Assembly: GCA_965203325.1 (NCBI GenBank) | Contig: OZ241875.1 | Coordinates: 3,168,001 to 3,232,000, forward strand | Direction of reading: 5' to 3' | DNA from: a bacterium | Lineage (GTDB): Bacteria; UBA8248 | Length of the DNA stretch: 64,000 nt | In this document: positions 1 through 9,792 of the stretch, one piece after another | How positions within the stretch are numbered: position 1 is the stretch's first letter | How the letters are laid out: each line of letters begins with the position of its first letter | Notes under the pieces: generated by a model | What the model was told of the DNA's origin: nothing | Seen by the model: only the letters and a program-made list of their open reading frames with translations | Database searches by the model: none | Position numbers and translations under genes: made by a program

Positions 1-159
1 CACGAAGTTTTCGAGGGTAAGGAAATTCTCGGTCGCAAAAGTGTAGAAGATCATCAAGACTACGAACGCGGAAATGAGGAGCACCCGCTCCCAGGGAATA
101 TCCTTTACCGGATAACCCAAGATGAACTTTTCATTTTCCGCCGAGACTGCAGCGCTCAT
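1..159 (-). CDS. Sugar ABC transporter permease (RbsC-like), N-terminal fragment running off the window edge
   Basis: Manual translation MSAAVSAENEKFILGYPVKDIPWERVLLISAFVVLMIFYTFATENFLTLENFV has a TM helix and the FLT..N motif. GGAGG RBS upstream; lies directly downstream of the sugar ABC ATPase. Confidence 0.75.
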   Translation of the reverse strand, partial: MSAAVSAENEKFILGYPVKDIPWERVLLISAFVVLMIFYTFATENFLTLENFV

Positions 160-181
160 TCAAGCTACCTCCGAACGCGGT

Positions 182-2140
182 TCAATCCGCCGTCATTGCG
201 TAGCGCAAAATTCCTTCTTGCGTAGCTTCGTTTCTGTCGATATCTGCGGTGAGCCGTCCTTCACGCATCACCAGAATGCGGTCGCTCATTCCGAGAATCT
301 CGGGCAATTCGCTTGAAATCATCATAACCGCAGCGCCGTCTTTGGCAAGTTGCAGCATCTGCGAGTGAACTTCGAATTTAGCGCCTATGTCTATCCCGCG
401 AGTCGGCTCATCGAATATGAGCACGTTGGCGCGTCTGAAGAGCCATTTTGCGAGAACGACTTTTTGCTGATTGCCGCCCGAGAGAAAGCGTATTTGCGTC
501 TCCTGGTTCGGCGTCATGATTTTTAGCTGGTCGATATGCTCATCGACGAAATCTTTTTCCATACTCAGGTTGAGCAGCCAACGCTTGATGAGGCGGCGGA
601 GATTAGCACTTGTGGTGTTATAAGCAACCGAGAGAACCTGGGTGAGGCCTTGGGTTTTCCTGTCCTCGGGCAACAGCCCCAGCCCGCGTCGTATGGCCAG
701 CGTTGGGGTCCACTTGCGCTCATGCGTGAGGATTGTGAGGAATCGAATCACAATCATGGCGACGCCGCCCCAGATCATGACCCATTCGAGAACGAAATTC
801 TGGGTGAACAGACTCGTAAAGACCATCGCGCATATCGCCAGGGCGTACCAGCTTGCGAAGTCGATGATCAAGGTGCGCCAGCGGTACTGCCGTTCGAGGA
901 ACCAAAGTCCCAATTGCCTCAGGACGGCCAATCCGGCGGCGACGAGATAGGGGGTGGGACCGTTCGGTATGTTGTATAACGGCCCGCCAAGAATCCATTC
1001 ATAAAACCAATTCCCACTGAAAAGTGGTGGTGGTGAGTTCATGTTGAGCGTGAAAGGATCGTAAATCCCCTGGAAGATGACGGTGAACAAAGGCAAAGCC
1101 AGCATGAAGACAACCACATCGACGAGCGCCATCCATAGCGGGTAGTGGGGGAGTTTTTGTATCTCCTCTTTCTCTTTTGTCGCGTTGGTCATCTCGACGG
1201 TGCCGCCATCAACAGGGTCCGCGCCCATCACGGCCCGAGCCACTTCGGTTCTTCCCGCGCCTACGAGACCCGAGAGGCCGACGATTTCGCCATAATGAAG
1301 GTCAAAATTGATGTCTTCGAATACGCCGTTTCGGGTGAGTCCACGCACCCGCAAAGCTACTTCTCCATGTTCACGGGGCGTCCAGGGGAATTTCTCATCG
1401 AGCGTTCGTCCCACCATCTGCGTGATCAGGAAATCGAGTTCCACCTCCTTGACTTCCCACGTGCCCATATATTCCCCGTCACGCAGGACAGTGACGCGGT
1501 CTCCAATCTCGTGGACTTCTTCAAGGCGGTGGGAGATGTAAATGATGCCGACGCCATGCTCCCGCAAACGGTTGACCGCCTTGAAGAGTTCCTCGATTTC
1601 GTGGCCGCTCAAAGAAGACGTGGGCTCATCCATCACCAATATTTTGCAGTCGAACGCAAGAGCCCGGGCGATCTCCACCATTTGCTGATCCGCGACGCTT
1701 AGAGAGCGGACCGGCGCATTGACGTCGATTTTCACGTCCAGACGCTCCATGATTGCGCGGGATTCTTGCTCGACTTTGGCCCAATCCACACGCTTCATGA
1801 CGCCGGGCAAGACCGGTTCACGACCCAGGAAGATGTTTTTGGCCACGCTCAAATCGGGCACCAGGTTCAGTTCCTGATAGATGACGCTGATTCCCAGATC
1901 GCGCCCGGTTCTGGCGTCGGGAATAATGGTGGGTGTTTCGCTAATCTCGATTTGCCCCGAATCGGCGTGATACATGCCTGCCAGAATTTTGATGAGCGTG
2001 GATTTTCCGGCCCCGTTCTCACCCAAAAGGATGTGGACTTCGCCTTCGGCGAGATCGAAATCGACTTCTTTGAGCGCATGAACGCCCGGAAAGGACTTGT
2101 CGATTTTCATCATTTTCAGCAAATTCTTGGATTCTGGCAC
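182..2140 (-). CDS. Sugar ABC transporter ATP-binding protein (RbsA/MglA type, two NBDs) with a hydrophobic insertion in NBD2
   Basis: Motifs GENGAGKSTL, VIYQE, DEPT, ISHRLEE, GLVGAGRTE, PEDRK, LSGGNQQK, DEPTRGID, SSELPE. About 150 extra hydrophobic residues lie before PEDRK. Confidence 0.9.
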   Translation of the reverse strand: MPESKNLLKMMKIDKSFPGVHALKEVDFDLAEGEVHILLGENGAGKSTLIKILAGMYHADSGQIEISETPTIIPDARTGRDLGISVIYQELNLVPDLSVAKNIFLGREPVLPGVMKRVDWAKVEQESRAIMERLDVKIDVNAPVRSLSVADQQMVEIARALAFDCKILVMDEPTSSLSGHEIEELFKAVNRLREHGVGIIYISHRLEEVHEIGDRVTVLRDGEYMGTWEVKEVELDFLITQMVGRTLDEKFPWTPREHGEVALRVRGLTRNGVFEDINFDLHYGEIVGLSGLVGAGRTEVARAVMGADPVDGGTVEMTNATKEKEEIQKLPHYPLWMALVDVVVFMLALPLFTVIFQGIYDPFTLNMNSPPPLFSGNWFYEWILGGPLYNIPNGPTPYLVAAGLAVLRQLGLWFLERQYRWRTLIIDFASWYALAICAMVFTSLFTQNFVLEWVMIWGGVAMIVIRFLTILTHERKWTPTLAIRRGLGLLPEDRKTQGLTQVLSVAYNTTSANLRRLIKRWLLNLSMEKDFVDEHIDQLKIMTPNQETQIRFLSGGNQQKVVLAKWLFRRANVLIFDEPTRGIDIGAKFEVHSQMLQLAKDGAAVMMISSELPEILGMSDRILVMREGRLTADIDRNEATQEGILRYAMTAD

Positions 2141-2379
2141 GGGATAAAGCTTCCAAATAAAGGTGTGTAGATTCCAAATAAATAAGCGAATGAATGCCTG
2201 GCGCTACCCGCTGTGTTTGTAAAGTTGCAGTTTTTGAATACTTGCCTAACTTTATAGTGGTCGAGATTGTTTTTCAACATGACAAATTAGCGGGTCAAGC
2301 TGAAGAACCATTTCGTCGACATTCATGGTATGATCGTCCGGTATGTATTCTAATGAGTCTATATCTTGGGGATTATTTT

Positions 2380-2643
2380 GTGGGCTGTCTGAAAATTCTG
2401 GGGTTAGTTGTTTTCTTTCTTGTGAGCGTGTCCAGCGCGTTTGCCGAAGAAACACACGGCAAAACCGATGCGTGCCTGGTTACTCTTTACAACTACCCCG
2501 CCGAATCACCTAAGTATGACATTACGAAGAAAGCGCCGCCCCAATCCCCCTTGACTCAGACAAAGAATCTTCGCGCAAGCAAAGCGGTTAAAAATACACA
2601 ATCTCGCAAGAGTCTTCTGACACAAGTTCATAGCAAAAAATAA
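2380..2643 (+). CDS. Putative small secreted protein
   Basis: GTG start followed by a signal-peptide-like segment (LKILGLVVFFLVSVSSAFA-EE). No recognisable domain. Confidence 0.4.
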   Translation: MGCLKILGLVVFFLVSVSSAFAEETHGKTDACLVTLYNYPAESPKYDITKKAPPQSPLTQTKNLRASKAVKNTQSRKSLLTQVHSKK

Positions 2644-2681
2644 ACTCTTTTCTCGCTTGGCGCCAATAGGTCCGTAAGCTT

Positions 2682-3290
2682 TTAGCGGTCGATGACACTT
2701 CGGTATTCGGCGGATGGGGTATGTTGTGCCGGCCAGTCCATCCCATCTTCAAAACGGGCCAAAACGCTTGCGTGACGGGCGAAACCACCCTCCAGCAGAG
2801 CGACCGAGACGATCTCCACGATTGCCGGCTCGTCAAAGCCGTGCTCGCGCAACGCTTGAAACTCTTCGTCTGTTAGTTGTTCGTTGAGCGTAAGTTTTCT
2901 GGCCACGCGGAATACTGCTTTTTCCGACTCGGGCAAATCTGCATTTTCAAAATCATGGAGTTTTTCCACTTCATACTCATCGAGTTCCATGCGGTGAATG
3001 AGGTCGGTTTTGTGGAAATTCACGCATCGGGGACAATCGGAAGCAACTGCGCAAACCATCGCGATACGATTGGTCAACTCGCGTGAAATGTGACCATCCA
3101 GCACTTCGAGACGTTTTTGCAGCTCCCAGAATCCACTTAGGAGACCCGGCACATGAGCGAAAAAACCGAACAAAGGCCCCAGCCAGCGCGGGTCTTTCAA
3201 TCGGCATATCTCATCATAAATTTGTGAAACCTCGCTTTCGGCTTCATTGGGTTTTACGAGACGAAAGGTTTCAAAACCGGGTGTGCTCAT
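2682..3290 (-). CDS. AhpD/carboxymuconolactone decarboxylase-like (peroxidase-related) protein
   Basis: CxxC-H motif (SDCPRCVNFH) and AhpD-like helical pattern (EFQALREHGFDEPAIVEIV). Confidence 0.75.
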   Translation of the reverse strand: MSTPGFETFRLVKPNEAESEVSQIYDEICRLKDPRWLGPLFGFFAHVPGLLSGFWELQKRLEVLDGHISRELTNRIAMVCAVASDCPRCVNFHKTDLIHRMELDEYEVEKLHDFENADLPESEKAVFRVARKLTLNEQLTDEEFQALREHGFDEPAIVEIVSVALLEGGFARHASVLARFEDGMDWPAQHTPSAEYRSVIDR

Positions 3291-3380
3291 TTTCTTCCCC
3301 CTGGAATGAATTATCTGGCCGTAGGTAAGATTCGGCCATCATAACATTTCCAAGGCTTATAATGAGCATGATTAGACGAC

Positions 3381-3412
3381 AAAAAACCCCCCGCCGAAGC
3401 AGGGGGTTTTTT
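3381..3412 (-). terminator. Intrinsic terminator downstream of the TAXI gene (A/T tracts on both sides, possibly bidirectional)
   Basis: AAAAAACCCCCCGC-CGAA-GCAGGGGGTTTTTT hairpin. Confidence 0.75.
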
Positions 3413-3427
3413 AGGGCTTGTTGTTGC

Positions 3428-4399
3428 TTACATCATGCCTGCTTCTTTCCAATAGCGTGACGCGCCCGGGTGTATTTTCAGTTTCTTCATGCCGCGAAGG
3501 CCGGTCTTTTTAGTAACGTATTTCCCGGTTGGATGGTACTTGGTGATTTGCTTGTGATTGTCGTACAGGGCTTTAACGATCCCATATGCGTTGGCATTGC
3601 TCATTTTGCTGTTGGTCATCAATGTCCACATCTGGCCCCAGCTAACGACGTCTTTTTTGTAGCCGGGAATGGAGCCGGCAGCTACGACATCGCGTACGAT
3701 GCCCGCTTCGTTATCAGCCAGCTTTTTGATGGTGGCGTCATCCGGACCGAAGAAATGCAGTTTGCCGGAGAGCGTGCGTGCGAGTTCCATGTATACTGGT
3801 GCGGGAACATTCGCGTTCAGGAAGAAAAAGCCGGCGTCCACCCTTTCGTCTCTGATTGCGGCCGCATTCTGGGGGTTGTTGAAGAATTCTTTTTTCGCTT
3901 TTACGCCGCTGTGTTTGAGTGCAAGCTGCGTAACGATGTAAATGGAACCCCCGCGTCCGCCGACGACGAATCTTTTGCCGGTGAGGTCGGACCATTTCTT
4001 GATTCCGGAGGTCTTGAAGGTGGTATAGACCGTCGTCAACGGGTACAGGGCCCCTAACGCCAGCACGTCTTGGGGTTTCTTGAATGGTTTTCTGCCCACT
4101 TGTCCCCACGAGACGGCAGGCGCCGTGGCCATGCCAATACGGAGGGCTTGGTTTTTGTCTTTCTTCTGAAGGGTGCGGACATTTGCGGTTGAACCGCCGG
4201 TAATGGATGCAGCCACCGAGATTTTTCCACCGGAGTTATCCGTGATGACTTTACCCATTGCGGTTCCAATTTCGAAGGTGGCGCCGCCGGGCTGGGACGT
4301 TCCCAGAAGTATTTTGGCTGCGTTCGCCGTCGGGGCCGTGCCGATAACCAAGGCAAGACCTGCCGCCAACGTAATCAGCCGAAGCGTGGATTTCCTCAT
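3428..4399 (-). CDS. TAXI-family TRAP transporter solute-binding subunit
   Basis: Signal peptide; LGTSQPGG, TGGSTANV, SDLTGKR and IHPGASRYWKE motifs. Start set at MRKST after an AGGAGA RBS. Confidence 0.88.
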   Translation of the reverse strand: MRKSTLRLITLAAGLALVIGTAPTANAAKILLGTSQPGGATFEIGTAMGKVITDNSGGKISVAASITGGSTANVRTLQKKDKNQALRIGMATAPAVSWGQVGRKPFKKPQDVLALGALYPLTTVYTTFKTSGIKKWSDLTGKRFVVGGRGGSIYIVTQLALKHSGVKAKKEFFNNPQNAAAIRDERVDAGFFFLNANVPAPVYMELARTLSGKLHFFGPDDATIKKLADNEAGIVRDVVAAGSIPGYKKDVVSWGQMWTLMTNSKMSNANAYGIVKALYDNHKQITKYHPTGKYVTKKTGLRGMKKLKIHPGASRYWKEAGMM

Positions 4400-4604
4400 T
4401 CGTTTCTCCTTTTTGGTAGTGAAAATTACTCCCACGTTTCGACTTGGAAAGTCGAAACTCATGAATAAAATGCCGAACTTTGGAGTCTGTCGAGTTCGCT
4501 ACACTTAAGCAAAACCATCTGGTTTGGTCAAGTGGTTAGAATTATATAGAAAGCAAAATTTCCTAAGTCGCTGGCGAAAGAAACAAACTATCCGATAGAA
4601 TAGC

Positions 4605-4656
4605 ATAGATCATCAACATAGTTTCTTAAGATAGATCATCAACATAGTTTCTTAAG
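4605..4656. repeat. Perfect 26-bp tandem duplication in a divergent intergenic region
   Basis: ATAGATCATCAACATAGTTTCTTAAG twice (4605-4630, 4631-4656). Confidence 0.95.
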
Positions 4657-4693
4657 ATTAAGGATCCACTACAGTGGAGAAAGAAGGAGAGAT

Positions 4694-7600
4694 ATGAATA
4701 CAGAATCAGACCCCACCCAGTCGGCTCCTCTCGTAAGGGCTCTGGTTTTCATCACTTCCTGGCTATGCGTGCTCTCGGGTTTGTATCACATTTCCGCGGT
4801 CTATCTCCGGCCTTTGCCGGGTGAGATGCACCCCAACATGCACATGCTTTTGGCCTATACCATTCTTCTCATCGGCGGCGCCGGAGCAATGCCTCAGATT
4901 TACGGGGATAAAATTCGCAAGCTGAAGTTCCTTCCCGTCCTCTACCTTTTGTCTTTGATTCCCGCCGTCATCTTCTATTATTTCGTCTACGAGATGGGAG
5001 AAGGTTGGTCTGACTGGAGTGTTTGGTGGGTTTATGCGCTACCGTTCGCCATCTGGATGGCGATGATGGTCGTCGAGAAATCCTGGCTCGCGCTTTTTCT
5101 CTGGTTATTGGGCTTTGTTCCTGCCCCTATACTTTTTTGGTATTGGGATTATTTGCCCGAAAGCACGCATGAGCCCAACTTTTGGTGGCTTATAATCGCA
5201 TGCTCCGCCATTCCCACGATGTGGACCTTGTTCGCGGTTTTCTTCAGACCTGCCGAGGGAGTGAAAAAAGCGGGTGTTTTTCTCGTTGTATTTTTCGTAG
5301 CGCTCATTCTGATTGGGTGGCGGGTAGGATTGTGGGCCGGGCAAAGCGATGCGGTGAGGAGCGCTTTTTACCTCTGGCCGGCGATTGTACTCGCTTTTCC
5401 TCTTTTTTGGGCGAAAAGACGGATCAAAGAGGTGTTTCAGGAATATCCCGCGCATCCTTTTCCGGCAGGCTTCACGATCGGCCTGAACGCAGGGATGCTT
5501 TTCTTCGTGGCGACCTCATGCCTGTACCTGTTCTACTACCACGAAGAGATGGTCGATCGCCCGGGCGCGCCGACAATCGGCGATGCGCGCGTCGGCTTCG
5601 TCATGATCGTCGTCGCTCTCGAATTGACGAGGCGCTGTTTCGGCCCCCCGCTTCCGACCTTGGCGATGATTGCTTTGGCTTATGGTATATGGGGCAATTT
5701 GTTTGCGCCTCCTTTCGGGCATGGCGGCCATACATGGATAGAACTCCAGGCGAAACTCTCTACCGATTTCATCGGTGGCGTTTTGGGCTTTTTGGTCGTC
5801 ATCTCGGCGACCTTTATCATCATGTTTCTGATCTTGGGGGCGTTTCTGCATGAATCGGGCGCGGGCCGTTTTTTCGTGAACTTCGCCTTGGGGCTGTTTG
5901 GAAAGCTGCGTGCGGGCGCCGGCCTCGCCGCCGTGGGTTCGAGCGCGCTCATGGGTACGGTATCGGGCAGCGCATCCGGCAACGTCGTAACCACCGGCAC
6001 GTTCACGATTCCGCTCATGAAGCGTATCGGGCTGAGCCCGCACATCGCCGGAGCGGCGGAAGCGGCGGCCAGCAGCGGCGGACAGATCATGCCGCCTGTC
6101 ATGGGGGCGGGCGCCTTCATCATGAGTGAACTCATCGAGGTGCCGTATTTCCAGATTATCGGATACGCCACCATACCGGCCATCTTGTATTTCACCATCG
6201 TGGGGATCAACATCCACTTTGCGGCCGGCGCGCTGAACATCCAGCCGTTGCCCGCTAACGAAATTCCGAGTTGGAGGGCGGAACTCAGGAACGGATGGTT
6301 CTATCTCGTGCCCCTGGCGTTTTTGGTCTATTTCCTCTTTCAGGGCAGAACGCCCGTATTCGCCGGCGTCATGTCGGTTTTCATTATGGTGGGCATCTGG
6401 TTTTACCGGAACGTGACGGAATTTTTGGGTACTATGAGGAGAGGCGACAAGACGATCGCAGATGATGTATTCGTTTTTGTGCCGGTTACGTTTTGGGTTT
6501 TCACATTTTTCCTATACGCGTTGCTCACGGTTTTCGAGTTGGGTTTCGGATTTCCGTTGGGGGTATACGGAAAACCGACTTGGGGCGGGGCGATAAAGGC
6601 TGCTCTTTCTCTGGGTGTCGTCGGATTTGTTCTGGCGAGCGTTTTCGCTCGCATGTTCTCCTGGGTGGGTGAATTCTGGCGCGAGACAGAAAGCAACTGG
6701 CTCGCCATCTTCCCGCTCACGTTGTTGGGTTTGTGGGTCGCCTTCGGCTGGTCTTCCGGCGTGGCGGGAGCCGCTCTCGTGCTGGCCCTGCTGAGCGTAT
6801 GGTCCGTTTCCAGGGGCAAAGGAGCGCAACCCACCACGACCATACCTTGGCTTTTCGTCATGATTTGGGTGGGCGCCTATTATGTGCAAAAAGGAATTTA
6901 TGCGCTCGTCCCCGCCATAGCGAATTTCGGCGAATGGTTCGTGCCTTTCGGGTTCATATATGACGGTCTCATCTTTTTCGGGTTGGCCGTCATCGTGCAG
7001 AGGGTTATTTTTTCATTCGGCTCGCAAGAATCCGACCCCGAAGCCCCGACGCCTAACCTGAAGCAGGTGTTGGCCGTATCCTGCAATCCGTTCACCTATT
7101 TGCGCAGGGCGAAGCAGACGGGTGAGACCGGCCCTGCCGCGCAGGCTGCGCAAAGCGCCTCCGACTGGATTTTCAGCATTCGCAACGCTCTGCGCGTAGG
7201 CGGCAGGCAAGGGGCTGAATTCGCCGTGACGCTGGCTACCATCGAGGTCGTCGTTCAGGTTCTGTCCATCACGGGCGTGGGCAACAAGTTCGCCTTCATG
7301 ATCGAGGCCCTCGCCCAGGATATATGCGTGTTCGGCGCCGCTGTCGGTGGCGGGTGCGCGTATTATATCGGCCTCGATGGTTTCTTTGTCGCATTGCTGC
7401 TGACGGCGGTTTGCTGCGCCATATTGGGAATGGGCATGCCGACGACCGCGGCGTATGTTCTACTCGCCATTCTGGGCGGACCGGTGCTGGTTAAACTCGT
7501 GGGTCCTGAACTCACGCATATTTACGGAGCGGAATGGGTCAAGGAGTTCGTGGCCGCCAAGGGAGACCGGGTCGCGGCCCACATGTTCATCTTCTACTTC

Positions 7601-8020
7601 GCGATTCTCTCCGCCATTACGCCGCCCGTGGCGATAGCTTCGCTCGTTGGGGCCAAGCTGGCGGGAGCGCCCTATTTCAAGACGTCCATGATGTCTCTTC
7701 GCTTCGCCATCGTGGGCTTTATCGTGCCGTTTTTGTTCATGTTCGACCCGGCGCTGCTTACGTTCGCGAGTCCGTTGCGCGTCGCGCTTTCCGCATCCAT
7801 TACGCTCCTGGGATTCATCGCTTTCTCGGCGGGAACGCAAGGCTGGCTCTTCGACAGGCTATACAAATACGAGCGGATACTCTTGTTTGCCTGCTTCATC
7901 GCGTTCATCTTGTTCGTCATTTTCTTCAGCATTACCATGCTGGTAGCGGGCTTGGTTTGCGGCGGGATTCCGCTTGTCCGGCAAATCAAGGATTACAGGA
8001 AACCTGTTCCCCAAACATAG
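4694..8020 (+). CDS. TRAP transporter fused 4TM/12TM permease (TAXI type), expanded to 1108 aa
   Basis: Motifs SSALMGTVSGSASGNVVTTGTFTIPLMKR, EAAASSGGQIMPPVMGAGAFIM, LGMGMPTTAAY, AHMFIFYFAILSAITPPVA. Confidence 0.92.
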   Translation: MNTESDPTQSAPLVRALVFITSWLCVLSGLYHISAVYLRPLPGEMHPNMHMLLAYTILLIGGAGAMPQIYGDKIRKLKFLPVLYLLSLIPAVIFYYFVYEMGEGWSDWSVWWVYALPFAIWMAMMVVEKSWLALFLWLLGFVPAPILFWYWDYLPESTHEPNFWWLIIACSAIPTMWTLFAVFFRPAEGVKKAGVFLVVFFVALILIGWRVGLWAGQSDAVRSAFYLWPAIVLAFPLFWAKRRIKEVFQEYPAHPFPAGFTIGLNAGMLFFVATSCLYLFYYHEEMVDRPGAPTIGDARVGFVMIVVALELTRRCFGPPLPTLAMIALAYGIWGNLFAPPFGHGGHTWIELQAKLSTDFIGGVLGFLVVISATFIIMFLILGAFLHESGAGRFFVNFALGLFGKLRAGAGLAAVGSSALMGTVSGSASGNVVTTGTFTIPLMKRIGLSPHIAGAAEAAASSGGQIMPPVMGAGAFIMSELIEVPYFQIIGYATIPAILYFTIVGINIHFAAGALNIQPLPANEIPSWRAELRNGWFYLVPLAFLVYFLFQGRTPVFAGVMSVFIMVGIWFYRNVTEFLGTMRRGDKTIADDVFVFVPVTFWVFTFFLYALLTVFELGFGFPLGVYGKPTWGGAIKAALSLGVVGFVLASVFARMFSWVGEFWRETESNWLAIFPLTLLGLWVAFGWSSGVAGAALVLALLSVWSVSRGKGAQPTTTIPWLFVMIWVGAYYVQKGIYALVPAIANFGEWFVPFGFIYDGLIFFGLAVIVQRVIFSFGSQESDPEAPTPNLKQVLAVSCNPFTYLRRAKQTGETGPAAQAAQSASDWIFSIRNALRVGGRQGAEFAVTLATIEVVVQVLSITGVGNKFAFMIEALAQDICVFGAAVGGGCAYYIGLDGFFVALLLTAVCCAILGMGMPTTAAYVLLAILGGPVLVKLVGPELTHIYGAEWVKEFVAAKGDRVAAHMFIFYFAILSAITPPVAIASLVGAKLAGAPYFKTSMMSLRFAIVGFIVPFLFMFDPALLTFASPLRVALSASITLLGFIAFSAGTQGWLFDRLYKYERILLFACFIAFILFVIFFSITMLVAGLVCGGIPLVRQIKDYRKPVPQT

Positions 8021-8040
8021 TTCAGTATTCTTTTTAGAGG

Positions 8041-9288
8041 ATGTTCATGCTTTTTCATAAAGAACGCGCGCTTGAGTTCATGGAGAGGTTCGATCTGGAC
8101 GCGCTGATAGCGACGACACGGCATAACGTCTTGTATCTCTCGGGTTTTCAGGGCTGGGCGCAATACACCTACGGCGATGCCACGACGGAAACTTTCGCGC
8201 TGTTTTTTCGGGATCAGGCCTCCCCGCCCGCGTTGATACTCTCCCGGCAGGACGAGACATACTACGCGGCGACGGGTTCGTGGATCAAAGACGTGAGGGG
8301 CTATGGTCCCCGCTCGGCGCTCGATATGGCGCCCGGCGAGACGGGAGCGACCGAAGAGGAGAGGAATTACATATCCCTCATCGCCGAAGACGCTCCGCGC
8401 GAGGCGAATATTACCAGTGCCCTGCTCAGGCTTTTGCGGGAGCGGGGCTTATCGAGCGGTAGAGTAGCCCTCGATAACGAGGGAATCCGCCCAAGCACGC
8501 GCGGCGCTCTCGAGGCGGCATTACCGGATATGTCTTTCCTGGATGCCTCGAACCTGTTTCGTTTGATTCGCCTCCAAAAGACGGATGAAGAGATTGAGCG
8601 CATGCGCGCCGCAGCGGTCTTGAACGAAAACGCTGTCGTCGCGTTCCACAAGGAGATGGCCGTAGGACGAACCGAGCGCGAAGTAGCAAGCCATTATTAC
8701 CGCACCGTGGCCGCAGGAGGCGGTAAATGGAGTTGGTTCCATCTCGCCGGCGGCAGGCGTTCGGCCTCGATTTTTCCGCCCTCTGAGCGAAAATTCGAGG
8801 CGGGAGACGGCTTTTTCTTCGATGCCGGGATGCGGCTGAACCATTACTGCGCGGACGTGGGCTGTTGCGGTTCGTTCGGCGAGCCGGGCGCGGAGCGCAA
8901 GGCACAGTGGAACGCCATCCAGGCGGGGCTCGAGGCCGCCTTCGGCGTGATCAGGGCGGGGGTGAAGCCCTCCGAGATTTTTCGCGCGGCGGTGGCGGCG
9001 GCGAAAAAATCGGGCCTGCCGCGCTACAACGGCGCTTTCTGCGGGCACACGATAGGGATCGAAGCGCGCGAACTGCCCTATACGCTGAGCGAACCCATGA
9101 AGCTGGGCGATCCGTTTTTGCCTGAAAATTCAGACATTTCCCTGCCTTCTGGCGCGGTGCTCTCGGTGGAATTGCCCTCCGGGAAATTCGGCGAGGGCGG
9201 TGTCCACGCGGAATATACCGTTCTCGTCACCGAGACGGGCATGGCGCACCTAGGCGAACCCATCCGCGAGTACGTCGTCATCGGGTGA
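8041..9288 (+). CDS. M24-family (Xaa-Pro aminopeptidase/creatinase-like) peptidase
   Basis: Creatinase-N start (LDALIAT..NVLYLSGF), RLQKTDEEIERMR, and metal ligands FDAG..YCADV, GHTIG, SVE, AEYTV. Confidence 0.85.
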   Translation: MFMLFHKERALEFMERFDLDALIATTRHNVLYLSGFQGWAQYTYGDATTETFALFFRDQASPPALILSRQDETYYAATGSWIKDVRGYGPRSALDMAPGETGATEEERNYISLIAEDAPREANITSALLRLLRERGLSSGRVALDNEGIRPSTRGALEAALPDMSFLDASNLFRLIRLQKTDEEIERMRAAAVLNENAVVAFHKEMAVGRTEREVASHYYRTVAAGGGKWSWFHLAGGRRSASIFPPSERKFEAGDGFFFDAGMRLNHYCADVGCCGSFGEPGAERKAQWNAIQAGLEAAFGVIRAGVKPSEIFRAAVAAAKKSGLPRYNGAFCGHTIGIEARELPYTLSEPMKLGDPFLPENSDISLPSGAVLSVELPSGKFGEGGVHAEYTVLVTETGMAHLGEPIREYVVIG

Positions 9289-9344
9289 AGTCATAATATA
9301 TTAAGAATTAATTATTTACGACAAATCCGCCGAAACGCGGCGGC

Positions 9345-9694
9345 GCAGACTCTCGCCCTGAAAGGACACCCCCTCCTCGGGGCTGTCCTGCCCCCCTACC
9401 CCCCCTTAACAAGGGGGTAAAGGCCGCGCCCCCCGACGTGCGGCGCAAGCGCGCCTGCTCGGGATGGAGGTCAGGCTCGTCATTCCGGCGTCATCCCCGA
9501 CCAAAGAGAGGGGAGGGGGAATCCGGAGGTTTCGTCTTTCGCTTTCGTAGGGACAGGCCTCTGTGCCTGTCCTAGGTCGCGATCTGTCCCTACCGTTGCG
9601 TCTCGCCTGACCGGCGTGGGGTTTTGCAACAGGCCCGTATGCGGCTCCTGCGTTCCCTCATCACACCGTATAGGGGGCGTTCGTGAACGCCCCT
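9345..9694. repeat. Mosaic of palindromic repeat elements (C-rich hairpin, GTCATTCC..GGAATCC-like, GTAG-REP, TIR remnant)
   Basis: CCCCCCTACCCCCCCTTAACAAGGGGG (about 9391); GTAGGGACAGGCCTCTGTGCCTGTCC (9547-9572, near-identical to 26777-26802 on the minus strand); TTTTGCAACAGGCCC (9622-9636). Confidence 0.7.
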
Positions 9695-9724
9695 CTTGCC
9701 CGCCGCGCGTGGATGGGCGATAGT
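9695..9724 (+). promoter_or_regulatory. Repeated 30-bp sigma70-like promoter motif, copy A
   Basis: cTTGCCC-17nt-GATAGT; aligns with the copies at 10946 and 11931. Confidence 0.5.
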
Positions 9725-9792
9725 CGGCGGGCGTCATCGACGTGCTGCACATCGTTTCACGCGGTGAAGCGTACGAGGGACAGGAGAACGTC

